From IMG/VR virus record IMGVR_UViG_3300033149_002633, positions 15,255 to 79,254 of that record: a DNA stretch of 64,000 nucleotides; one strand, given 5' to 3'. Below, one piece after another: positions 1-8,362 of the stretch. A program made the translations under genes and the position numbers. Each line of letters opens with the position of its first letter. Positions within the stretch are counted from its first letter, which is position 1. The notes beneath the pieces are model-generated. The model made no database searches. It was given only the letters and a program-made list of their open reading frames with translations, and had not been told where the DNA came from. This DNA is from a virus.

Positions 1-2
1 AA

Positions 3-476
3 TGGAAAAAAGTCGTCTCTTCTGTAATAGATAAGAAGAATACTATTGAAATAAAGAATTATATTCATTGGAGAGTAAAAGGGAATAAAATAACAACAGA
101 AAAGATTTTGAATGGTTTAACACATTTAATTAAATTGAAAGATAAAGATTATCCAATAAAAAGATTAGATTCTTTTAGCATCCCAGATAATATATATGTT
201 ACTGTAGCCAACTCTGGACTTTTAGTAGTATATGTCTATAATTCTATTCCTAAAAGAGTTTTCTGGGATGATATTCTAAATGATATGAAAATATTTTTCA
301 ATAAAAGACCAATGTTTAGAGATATGAGACTTACAGAAGAAGGTTTTTTAGTCTCATTTTTAATAAAGACCAGAGAAGATGTCTCTATTGATGACTTATA
401 TTATATAGAAAGAAGCGAATACCTCGATTTTCTATCCTCTCGTAAAGATAAGGCTGGGAAACCCCAGCCTTATTAA
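3..476 (+). CDS. hypothetical protein, 5'-truncated by the window edge
   Basis: The frame of ORF 108..476 is open back to position 3 (WKKVVSSVIDKKNTIE...), so the real start lies outside the window. Confidence 0.7.
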   Translation, partial: WKKVVSSVIDKKNTIEIKNYIHWRVKGNKITTEKILNGLTHLIKLKDKDYPIKRLDSFSIPDNIYVTVANSGLLVVYVYNSIPKRVFWDDILNDMKIFFNKRPMFRDMRLTEEGFLVSFLIKTREDVSIDDLYYIERSEYLDFLSSRKDKAGKPQPY

Positions 477-491
477 GATGTTAAACGTTAG

Positions 492-513
492 AAGGTTTCG
501 AAACCTTTAAATA
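492..513 (+). promoter_or_regulatory. archaeal BRE/TATA promoter overlapped by a perfect 16-bp palindrome
   Basis: AAGGTTTCGAAACCTT (492-507) overlaps TTTAAATA (506-513); the ATG at 537 is ~24 nt downstream, as for a leaderless mRNA. Confidence 0.75.
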
Positions 514-536
514 TTGTTTTGTAATATTGTATTACG

Positions 537-1214
537 ATGACACCATACAACATATTTAAAGAATTTACGCTTCCAACTCGTAGTCAGTTGGTGTTGTTAA
601 AAGAAAAGTCATTTTTGACTGTAGAAGACGTATCGAAAATATTTGGATATAGTAAAGAGACTATACGGAAGAGAATAAGAGAAGGAGATATACCAGCTAA
701 GCGGGAAGTTACAAAATATTTGATACCATCTAAAGCTGTATATGATAAAACTTCAACGTTGCTTACTGCTCTGAAAAATATGGAGATAGAAACAACAATA
801 GTTCCAGAGATATACAATAGAGTATTCTATAAAGCAACAATACAACATCCAATAGATTTTACAATAAAGAATGAAGAAATTGTAATAATATTTGACGTAA
901 ATATAAAGAAAGAGACTACTCACTTTACGACTTTTGCATTAACTATTCTTTATGTAAATGGAGAAAAACCAAGTATATCTGGTGATAATATCATAGCAAC
1001 TATACATGTATTCTTTGACATTGATAATTCTGTTACTGGATTAGAGATAGAGAAAATGTGGGACAAAGAGAATAGATTTGATTATTCTCATACTCCAAAA
1101 GTCATAAGTAGAAAGTGGAGAACAGTCATATATTGGATAATCAATACATTTGTCTTGAAATTCTATAATACGGAGGATGAAAAATTTGTTAGAGAAAGAG
1201 AGATTAATAGTTAG
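537..1214 (+). CDS. excisionase/MerR-type helix-turn-helix DNA-binding protein
   Basis: FLTVEDVSKIFGYSKETIRKRIREGDIPAKR matches the HTH_17/Xis pattern. Confidence 0.75.
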   Translation: MTPYNIFKEFTLPTRSQLVLLKEKSFLTVEDVSKIFGYSKETIRKRIREGDIPAKREVTKYLIPSKAVYDKTSTLLTALKNMEIETTIVPEIYNRVFYKATIQHPIDFTIKNEEIVIIFDVNIKKETTHFTTFALTILYVNGEKPSISGDNIIATIHVFFDIDNSVTGLEIEKMWDKENRFDYSHTPKVISRKWRTVIYWIINTFVLKFYNTEDEKFVREREINS

Positions 1215-1569
1215 GACAATACGTTTCCCAGACGAGATACGTGATTACTTTGATTTGCGTGGTATTAGAATGAGTACTGTAATAAGGGATAGTCTTGATA
1301 TGGAAATAACACTAGAAGAAGTCAAAAAATATGATGAGATTTATAGAGAATTTGGTGTTCCTAAAAGCATTAGATTGACAGATAAAGACGTTGCTAAGCT
1401 GAAACAAGAAGCTTTTATCTTGGATACTCAAATTAGAGGAAAAACTATAGGATATACTTCATTATTGAGGTATAAAATAATCAAGTATTTTCATGAAGAA
1501 AATATGGAATATGATATCGATTATGGCAAGATAGAACAATTAAGAGAACAATTGGGGGAATTAAAATGA
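1177..1569 (+). CDS. putative tandem ribbon-helix-helix DNA-binding protein
   Basis: Two RHH-like units: RTIRFPDEI..MSTVIRDSL and KSIRLTDKDV..YTSLLRYKI. Confidence 0.5.
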   Translation: MKNLLEKERLIVRTIRFPDEIRDYFDLRGIRMSTVIRDSLDMEITLEEVKKYDEIYREFGVPKSIRLTDKDVAKLKQEAFILDTQIRGKTIGYTSLLRYKIIKYFHEENMEYDIDYGKIEQLREQLGELK

Positions 1570-1904
1570 ATGAAGAATATGAAATTGAAGAAGGTTATAT
1601 AGAAATAAAAAATGATAATGATGTTCCTATCAGTAAGGAGTTGTTAAATACGATATTAGATATTATCTCAAAGTGGGTCGAGAAAGAAGATTGGACTTCT
1701 TTTAAGATTCAATATAAGAAGATAAAAGATAATGAAGGACAAAAAATGTCTGGTAGATACGTGTTTGGAACTTGTGCTGATAGTGGAATATTTTTGACTG
1801 CAGATAATATATTAGAGGATTTACAACAAATAGATTGGAAGAAAAATACTAATAAATATATAAAAAGGGATGAAAAAAATGGCGACAAAGAAAGAACTAG
1901 CTGA
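1566..1904 (+). CDS. hypothetical protein
   Basis: ORF overlapping its neighbours in an operon. Confidence 0.6.
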   Translation: MNEEYEIEEGYIEIKNDNDVPISKELLNTILDIISKWVEKEDWTSFKIQYKKIKDNEGQKMSGRYVFGTCADSGIFLTADNILEDLQQIDWKKNTNKYIKRDEKNGDKERTS

Positions 1905-2289
1905 AATAAAAGAAAAAGGTGTGCTTGAGTTCCTCGCAGAACAGAAATCGAAGTTAGAAAGGGAAGATATAAATGGCGACATCATAGATGCTCTCTATGA
2001 AGACGAAGAAGTAAAAAGACTTATCTTACGTGCTAATGAGCTAAAGAAGGAGTTAAAAAGTATAGAAACTACACTTAAGGAAGTCGATAAAATAGCTCTT
2101 GATGCTCTTAAGAGACGTAAAATAAAGAAAGCTGAAACATCAACGTTTAAACTCACTTTAGTTCAACAGACAAGATATGAGCTGGATAAACAATCATTAC
2201 AAGAGTTCTTATCTATCAATGGTAAGACTTTAGAAGAGTTTCAGACAGAGAAGGAAGTGACATATATTAGGAGGACTATCAAGAAATGA
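1870..2289 (+). CDS. coiled-coil phage protein (loosely Gp157/Gam-like)
   Basis: Coiled coil followed by beta-rich KAETSTFKLTLVQQTRYELDK; family assignment is weak. Confidence 0.45.
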   Translation: MKKMATKKELAEIKEKGVLEFLAEQKSKLEREDINGDIIDALYEDEEVKRLILRANELKKELKSIETTLKEVDKIALDALKRRKIKKAETSTFKLTLVQQTRYELDKQSLQEFLSINGKTLEEFQTEKEVTYIRRTIKK

Positions 2290-2495
2290 GTTTGTCAGAT
2301 ACTTTATATCTTTTCTTTCTTTTTTTCAGTGGAATTATGGCTATACAAGGGTTTTATGCTGTTCTATATAACTTATTAGAAAAAGATAAAATCTTGAAAG
2401 TATCTACAGAAAAAGAGTATAGAATTAGTTTTTTATGGCAATTTTTATGGTTTATTTTTTGGTCTATTAGTTTTTTCTTTATTTATGCATCTTAG
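2286..2495 (+). CDS. small two-TM membrane protein
   Basis: Two hydrophobic segments; ATGA overlap with the upstream gene. Confidence 0.55.
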   Translation: MSLSDTLYLFFLFFSGIMAIQGFYAVLYNLLEKDKILKVSTEKEYRISFLWQFLWFIFWSISFFFIYAS

Positions 2496-2706
2496 TTTTA
2501 TGCATTGATAAACCTCGTTTAGAGCTAAACTCTCTTCCACAAATATCACATATGATTTTGTTACATTTACATTCTATTATAGAATTATTCTCTAATACTA
2601 CAGTTGTATCTACAGAAGTGTCTGTAATTTTTGAAACGGTAAATGGTATTTTGACTATTTTCTCTTCTTTTTCTTTCTTTTTTAGATTTTTAAACCATTT
2701 TAACAT
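2479..2706 (-). CDS. C2H2 zinc-finger protein
   Basis: CDICGREFSSKRGLSMHKTKMH is a classical C2H2 finger. Confidence 0.8.
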   Translation of the reverse strand: MLKWFKNLKKKEKEEKIVKIPFTVSKITDTSVDTTVVLENNSIIECKCNKIICDICGREFSSKRGLSMHKTKMHK

Positions 2707-3064
2707 TATTTCTCACCTTTTGTTCTCTTGCTTTCTTTATTGGTCTTAATTTTGTTCTTTTTGATGTCTTGATTTTACCAGACAAAATGGCTTCTTTTGT
2801 TTCAAAGTATTTCTTTTCTTTTTTCGGATTTATTCTATAGACTGGAACTTGGGGATTATTTTTATCATATTTCTCTTCTAACACTCCAGCTACATGAAGT
2901 GGATTAAGATGATGATGTATAGTCGAAGCTACTTTTTGAGCTCGTTGAGACAATTCTTTGACGCTCCAATATTGATATTGACCATTTTCGTCTTTTTCTT
3001 CAAGACAATTAAATACAATCATCTTAGTTTGTTCTTTTTGGACTTCTCCGTTGTTTAATGGCAT
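2690..3064 (-). CDS. winged-helix DNA-binding protein
   Basis: WSVKELSQRAQKVASTIHHHLNPLHVAGVLEE...YRIN (ArsR-like wHTH); TATA (TATTTAAA) at ~3076-3083 and TATATAAA at ~3099-3106 upstream. Confidence 0.7.
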   Translation of the reverse strand: MPLNNGEVQKEQTKMIVFNCLEEKDENGQYQYWSVKELSQRAQKVASTIHHHLNPLHVAGVLEEKYDKNNPQVPVYRINPKKEKKYFETKEAILSGKIKTSKRTKLRPIKKAREQKVRNNVKMV

Positions 3065-3136
3065 TTAAATCACCCTATTTAAAGATATTGAACATTTCTA
3101 TATAAATGTATCGTCTTAAACATTTCGAAAAAGGGT

Positions 3137-3499
3137 TTAAAATAAAAGTCCTATCTCTATTATTATTTGTAGTGTAAGAGAACCTATAGATTTAACAGAA
3201 ATATCTATATTGTCTAAAGTCATACCTTTTAATGACATTTTGTCTTTAATCAAATCTTTAATATTAGATATATCTTCGATGTCTATAATTACTTGTCGAG
3301 TATGTTCATTAGTTAAATCTATTTGGATATCTAATTCTTCTTTATGTGTTGCTGGTGTACATTCATTCCCATCATCGTATAGGTAATTATCGTAGGACAA
3401 TGACAAATTTTTTATTATTAGGTTATTGTCATTACAAAAGTTTAAGAGTATATCAAAAACTTCTCCTATTGTTTTGTTTTGTGTATAAATCATTTTCAC
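3137..3499 (-). CDS. hypothetical protein
   Basis: ORF coupled to the upstream MazG-like gene. Confidence 0.6.
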   Translation of the reverse strand: MKMIYTQNKTIGEVFDILLNFCNDNNLIIKNLSLSYDNYLYDDGNECTPATHKEELDIQIDLTNEHTRQVIIDIEDISNIKDLIKDKMSLKGMTLDNIDISVKSIGSLTLQIIIEIGLLF

Positions 3500-3807
3500 A
3501 CCTTTTTATTTCCATGTTTATATCCACGAGATTTATTTATCTCAAGTTTATGTAATATCTCTTTTTCAATATCAATCTTAAGACCAGAGCAAAGGTCTAA
3601 TATCCTTATCATGATGTCAGCTAATTCTACTTTGAATTTGTCAAAGTCATTGTTTCTAAATTCTTCTAAAGCTTCAGATGATTCACTTACTATTAGCATC
3701 AGTTTTGTTGGTATAAATGTTTCTTGTTCCCATGCATCTTCTGGTATTATCCACCCATTCATATCGTTTATTTCCCTTATTTTATTCATTATTTTGTTCA
3801 AATGCAT
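3496..3807 (-). CDS. MazG-like nucleotide pyrophosphohydrolase
   Basis: KLMLIVSESSEALEEFR...ELADIMIRILDL...KLEINKSR all-alpha NTP-PPase motifs. Confidence 0.85.
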   Translation of the reverse strand: MHLNKIMNKIREINDMNGWIIPEDAWEQETFIPTKLMLIVSESSEALEEFRNNDFDKFKVELADIMIRILDLCSGLKIDIEKEILHKLEINKSRGYKHGNKKV

Positions 3808-3859
3808 ATTATCACCTTTTAAACCTATTGAACCTTTCTATATAAATTTATTGTTTAAA

Positions 3860-3990
3860 AATAGATAAGGAAAGAGCATGAGGGAGGTGAAAAATAATGG
3901 AATTTTTCGAAATCTAAGTGTAAGCCTCATGCTCGTATATGGAGGTATTACGTGGTGTAGAGGTGTATGATAAATAATTTTCCTCCAGAA
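3860..3990 (-). ncRNA. candidate small RNA with two hairpins
   Basis: Inverted repeats GAGCATGAGG 3874-3883/CCTCATGCTC 3925-3934 and TGGAGG 3940-3945/CCTCCA 3982-3987; minus-strand BRE/TATA at 4008-4025; T-rich end. Confidence 0.4.
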
Positions 3991-4072
3991 ATAATATGGT
4001 TTTAATATTTTTAAAGTTTTCGAAAGCTCGGACATGGAAATTTTTTGTGGAAAATTTTTAAAAGAAAAGAAA

Positions 4073-4327
4073 TTAACGTCTATAAGGTTTCATGTAGTAA
4101 ATTCCTTCTTGACGTAATTTCTTTTCTTTTATAAGTAAAACGAGAGCTGTTTCAAGGTCAGAATATTTGGTATAAGGATAAAATCTACGACCATTAATTA
4201 ATCTGTGTATTTCTTTGATAGTAAGGGAATAACTATGTCCTTCGAAAACTCGTAAGATATTCTTTTTTATTTTTAGTATATGTCTTTCTTCTTTAGAGAT
4301 GACTTGGTCATTTCTTAATGGCATCAT
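4073..4327 (-). CDS. small winged-helix protein
   Basis: SLTIKEIHRLI...DLETALVLLIKEKKL wHTH-like pattern. Confidence 0.5.
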   Translation of the reverse strand: MMPLRNDQVISKEERHILKIKKNILRVFEGHSYSLTIKEIHRLINGRRFYPYTKYSDLETALVLLIKEKKLRQEGIYYMKPYRR

Positions 4328-7032
4328 AATCCCTCAAAATTTAGTTTTGTTTGAACTCTTTTTTTCTTCTTTACGCTATCTTTGATAGGATTTACTAATT
4401 GGTTATAGACACTACGAAGTATGTTAATATATTCATCTGGATTGATATCTTTCTTACTTGCAAGTTCAACTGGAAGAACTTCTTTCCTTGTTTGTTTTTT
4501 AGATTGTTTAAAAGTATATATGAATTCGATAACAGTACCCTTTTTTATGAGAAGATTCTCATCTATAGGTTGGCTACTGTTATTACGTATAGCTTCTACT
4601 AATTTTTCTGCAGCTTGGACTTGAGGAGGATTTGATTTATAATTCTTAAGTGTATTTGACATAGTAATTTTGATAGAATAATCACTTATATCTCCAAATC
4701 TGTTTTTTATTGCTTTTTCATAGTCATTTAACGAAGTCTCGAGTTTGTTGATAAGACATGGAATATCAGACGGTTTTCTCAGAGTTTCTTCTATTATTTT
4801 AGTCCATTTCTCAAATGCATCTCGTATGATTTTTGGTATATGTTTTTTCTTTCCTACTAATCCAGCAATAATTATATTTGTTTTACCGTTAGGTTTCTTT
4901 TCAACTATCAAATAGTTCTTCTTTTCTGACAAAACTATTGCATATCCCCTTTCTTCTATGGCTAAATCTACTCCATATCTCTGTTTAATATCCTTTACAA
5001 ATTCATCCCATCTTTCTTCTGTAACATTTATGAGGAAAACACTATCAGTATCACCATAGATTACTTCTGCTTCATCTTCTGTTTCAAAATAGTCTTTAAT
5101 AGCCATGATAGTTTGTCTTGCTGTAGCAGTTACACTTTCAGCTGCTGGACCGCAGAAAAGTGGAAAGACATCGAACCCATAAACACCATAGGAAGCATTG
5201 ATGATAACTTTTAGATATTGTTCTACTGCTTTATATCCTATAACTTTATTCTTATTTTTCTTAAAATAATAAACTCTCACATCTTTGATAAAGCCTATGA
5301 TTGTTGAAGTTAATCCATCAAATTTTTTACAGATATGATGTGTCATAGACTTCTCTGTTTCAGTCATATTTTCTTCTTTTAACTTATTGACTGGAAGACT
5401 ACTTATACTATACACTTTATTATCTTTACATTCTGGATGATTACAATTCATTGTGCTGTAACAGATGTTGTTATTGACTATCATAGAAGGATAAAGACTT
5501 GCTACGTCAGCTACAAGTAGATTAAAATGACAACCTCTTTTAGGTTCAAAAACTACTGCTCCAGCAAATTTTTTACCAGTGGCTGATTTTGAATAAATGG
5601 GTCCTATTTTCTCTAATTCTTTCTTGTTAATGTTAATCATGTTATAATATACCAGTATTCTGCGTGAAAGATTAAGTATAACTGCAGATACATATCTTCT
5701 ACAAGCACTTTCTAATGTTAATGTTCCTACTCTCATTGTGATAACTATTAATTGCATTACAATTTCATTGTCATGAGTAGCTAATTTTAGAACTAATGCA
5801 TTATCTTGAGCATTATAGTATGCTAATTCTGACATAGATAAATCCGTAATAGTATTCTCATAGACATATTTTTTCTCATTGAGTAGAGATTCTGTAATAT
5901 CGTCAAGAGAATTTTTCTCGTATGCAGCTTTGAAAGCATAGTTTTTGATTGATGGGTTCTTGAAGAACTCATATAAGTCTATGAGGAATTTGTTTTTTAT
6001 CCCTCTACTCTTTTTTATTACCTCTTTTCCACTATCAATGAATTCATTCTTATAACCCCAGATTTTATTTGATTTAACACCTAAATATCTCATCCTTGTA
6101 TCAAGATAAGGAATATCAAAATCATCTACGTTGAAACCTACGATAAATTTCTGTGGAAGACCACATAGATAAGATACAACATCTTTTAACATTTCTCTTT
6201 CGTTATCATATTCTCTAATGATGTGGTTTTCATGTTTCTTATTGAAACCTTTATCTATTCTTTTTCTCATTTCGTCTGATAAAATAAATGTTAAGTGATG
6301 TATATTGTCTTCCTTATACCAGCTTAATGTGACTGAAGATATAGGTGCTACTGCAGTATAAGCATCTATAGCATCTCTATAGTTGAAATCACACTCGATA
6401 TCTATTGCTAATATATGTTCTTTAAAGACTGGAAATGGTGTAGTGAATAATGATATTGCCCAATCAAAAGCTTTCTTTGGCATTTTTCCTTTATATTTCT
6501 CTATTTCTGGGATAGTATAGATTGGATGGCTTCTTATTTTTTCCCAATCTAATTCTGGTTCAAGTGTTTCGATGTTATATGGCATTCCTAAAGTATAATC
6601 ATTATCAAAATTGAATACATCAGCATAAGGTATATGGTTATTATACACAAATTCTGGTGCTATGAGCTGACTTAGACCAGTATATTTCTTGTTTGTGATA
6701 AAGTTTGGATTAGTTGTGCATACTTTAGTTAGCATGATTGGTTCTCTTGACCTTGGGTGTATCTTTTTAACTCTCTCGACTTTTACTACTTTTGATGCAT
6801 TCCAGACGAATTTCTTAGACAATGGAGATTTTATTACATATCTATATTTTTGTACTTTATCTATATTCATTATTTGTGATGGTGTAAGTACTGTATAGAA
6901 ATATGGGTAATGTCCTTCTGTTTTCTTAATTTCTGTTATTTTTCCAGTTTTATCATCCCAAAATAATAATATTTGTCCATTACTTTCCTTTTCACCTTTT
7001 GGATATTTCGTTGATATTAACCAATTCGTCAT
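4324..7032 (-). CDS. polB: family B DNA polymerase with 3'-5' exonuclease and C-terminal PIP-like box
   Basis: ExoI DIECD, ExoII FNVDDFD, ExoIII YNAQD; Pol motifs DVASLYPS, KVIINASYG, YGDTDS; C-terminal QTKLNF. Confidence 0.97.
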   Translation of the reverse strand: MTNWLISTKYPKGEKESNGQILLFWDDKTGKITEIKKTEGHYPYFYTVLTPSQIMNIDKVQKYRYVIKSPLSKKFVWNASKVVKVERVKKIHPRSREPIMLTKVCTTNPNFITNKKYTGLSQLIAPEFVYNNHIPYADVFNFDNDYTLGMPYNIETLEPELDWEKIRSHPIYTIPEIEKYKGKMPKKAFDWAISLFTTPFPVFKEHILAIDIECDFNYRDAIDAYTAVAPISSVTLSWYKEDNIHHLTFILSDEMRKRIDKGFNKKHENHIIREYDNEREMLKDVVSYLCGLPQKFIVGFNVDDFDIPYLDTRMRYLGVKSNKIWGYKNEFIDSGKEVIKKSRGIKNKFLIDLYEFFKNPSIKNYAFKAAYEKNSLDDITESLLNEKKYVYENTITDLSMSELAYYNAQDNALVLKLATHDNEIVMQLIVITMRVGTLTLESACRRYVSAVILNLSRRILVYYNMININKKELEKIGPIYSKSATGKKFAGAVVFEPKRGCHFNLLVADVASLYPSMIVNNNICYSTMNCNHPECKDNKVYSISSLPVNKLKEENMTETEKSMTHHICKKFDGLTSTIIGFIKDVRVYYFKKNKNKVIGYKAVEQYLKVIINASYGVYGFDVFPLFCGPAAESVTATARQTIMAIKDYFETEDEAEVIYGDTDSVFLINVTEERWDEFVKDIKQRYGVDLAIEERGYAIVLSEKKNYLIVEKKPNGKTNIIIAGLVGKKKHIPKIIRDAFEKWTKIIEETLRKPSDIPCLINKLETSLNDYEKAIKNRFGDISDYSIKITMSNTLKNYKSNPPQVQAAEKLVEAIRNNSSQPIDENLLIKKGTVIEFIYTFKQSKKQTRKEVLPVELASKKDINPDEYINILRSVYNQLVNPIKDSVKKKKRVQTKLNFEGL

Positions 7033-7061
7033 ATTCTCTCCTCTTCAAAGTAAAAATAGAA

Positions 7062-7292
7062 TTAGGTAAAGTATATTATAATTTGTTTTATTGTAAATAC
7101 TGTCATAAGTGCTACCACAAAGAATATTAAAATGTATAATATGAATATTGCTAATATTAGTAGTAATAATCTACTTATACCTAATTCTTCAATATCTATA
7201 TCTGGTTTCAGTTTTATTTCTAAACCAAATACGAACAACCATAGTGTTGTTGTTATGGAAATATACAATGATAACAATGTTATGTGTATCAT
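7062..7292 (-). CDS. small membrane protein
   Basis: Hydrophobic ORF starting ~22 nt after a strong minus-strand promoter. Confidence 0.55.
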   Translation of the reverse strand: MIHITLLSLYISITTTLWLFVFGLEIKLKPDIDIEELGISRLLLLILAIFILYILIFFVVALMTVFTIKQIIIYFT

Positions 7293-7312
7293 AATTTAAA
7301 ATATTCAATAGT

Positions 7313-7330
7313 GTATTTAAACCTTTCGAA
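7313..7330 (-). promoter_or_regulatory. BRE/TATA promoter (TTCGAAAGGTTTAAATAC)
   Basis: Reverse complement of GTATTTAAACCTTTCGAA; nearly identical to the promoters at 11974 and 54222. Confidence 0.75.
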
Positions 7331-7331
7331 A

Positions 7332-8195
7332 CTATTGATAAGAAATATAATGTTCAATATATTTCTTTTTTAATCTTCTATTTGTTGTCGATATCATTGC
7401 TTCTGAAATATCACAAACATAATAGTTACATCCTAAGTTTTTTGCGACAAAAGCTGTAGTTCCTCCTCCCACAAAACTATCATAAACAGTTAATCCATTA
7501 CCAAATTTAGGGTGTGACTTTAATGCGCATTCGACTAACATTGGTGGAAACTCGGCTGGATTATATTTTTTAATATATTGATTGTATTTCAGTATAGGTA
7601 TTACCCACACATCTCCAATATCCTTGAAGGCTCTACCAAATTTTTCTTTATACTTATCTATTACTTTCTTATATCTCTTGTCATTCAGATATTCTTCTGA
7701 CAAATTTTCTCCTATAAGGTCTTTCCTTATTTTTACGTTTCCCTTTCCGAATAATAATATCATCTCTTTATATGATGAGAATTTACTGATTACCTTGAAA
7801 GGGTCTAAATGTTGTTTATTCGGCATTACCCAACATATATCTTGTATGAATTTCCAGTTTGACATTTCTTCTATTTGCTCACCGATAAAAACAATTTCGG
7901 ATAATGATTGGAGTGGCTTGGAGCTGTTTATCTTCATGTTCAAATACATTAATGCTCCATCAGAACAAATTTTATCGGTAGGATAAAGAGAGTGTATAAT
8001 CATATCCATCCATTCACTATCTGGCTTGTTATCAATATAACCAGTATATGGAATTCCAATATTATATGGAGGAGATGTAATAATTATATCCACTTTAGGG
8101 TAATTATAGTATTCTATCAGAGAATAAATATAATTATGAAAAGAAATAGCATCATATTGTTTTATGACTTTATATTGTTTTACTACTTCGTTCAT
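7332..8195 (-). CDS. beta-class DNA methyltransferase (N4-cytosine likely)
   Basis: Catalytic TSPPY near the N-terminus; SAM-binding DSFVGGGTT near the C-terminus. Confidence 0.9.
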   Translation of the reverse strand: MNEVVKQYKVIKQYDAISFHNYIYSLIEYYNYPKVDIIITSPPYNIGIPYTGYIDNKPDSEWMDMIIHSLYPTDKICSDGALMYLNMKINSSKPLQSLSEIVFIGEQIEEMSNWKFIQDICWVMPNKQHLDPFKVISKFSSYKEMILLFGKGNVKIRKDLIGENLSEEYLNDKRYKKVIDKYKEKFGRAFKDIGDVWVIPILKYNQYIKKYNPAEFPPMLVECALKSHPKFGNGLTVYDSFVGGGTTAFVAKNLGCNYYVCDISEAMISTTNRRLKKKYIEHYISYQ

Positions 8196-8239
8196 CGTAT
8201 ATGTTTTAAGAGAAGATATTTTTAAAGCTTTTGAATGTT

Positions 8240-8330
8240 TCTATGCTGGAGAGGAGGAGAGGTAGATATAAAAATAGACCTCTCCCGCAGAAGAAGGAAG
8301 TGGTGATACCAAACACTACTTCTCTCTTAA
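8240..8330. ncRNA. candidate structured RNA or double-hairpin element
   Basis: GGAGAGGT 8256-8263/ACCTCTCC 8278-8285 and GAAGTGGTG 8297-8305/CACTACTTC 8314-8322; minus-strand TATA at 8353-8360. Confidence 0.35.
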
Positions 8331-8362
8331 CTAAAGAAAGATGAAAAAGGTGTATTTAAATG

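Noticed and set aside
3838-4035. 65-aa minus-strand ORF
   Set aside because: Starts upstream of and runs through the promoter and hairpins; no RBS or recognisable protein features
4021-4045. CGAAAGCTCGGACATGG as another dyad site
   Set aside because: Only a partial left-arm match, wrong spacing to CATG and no right arm
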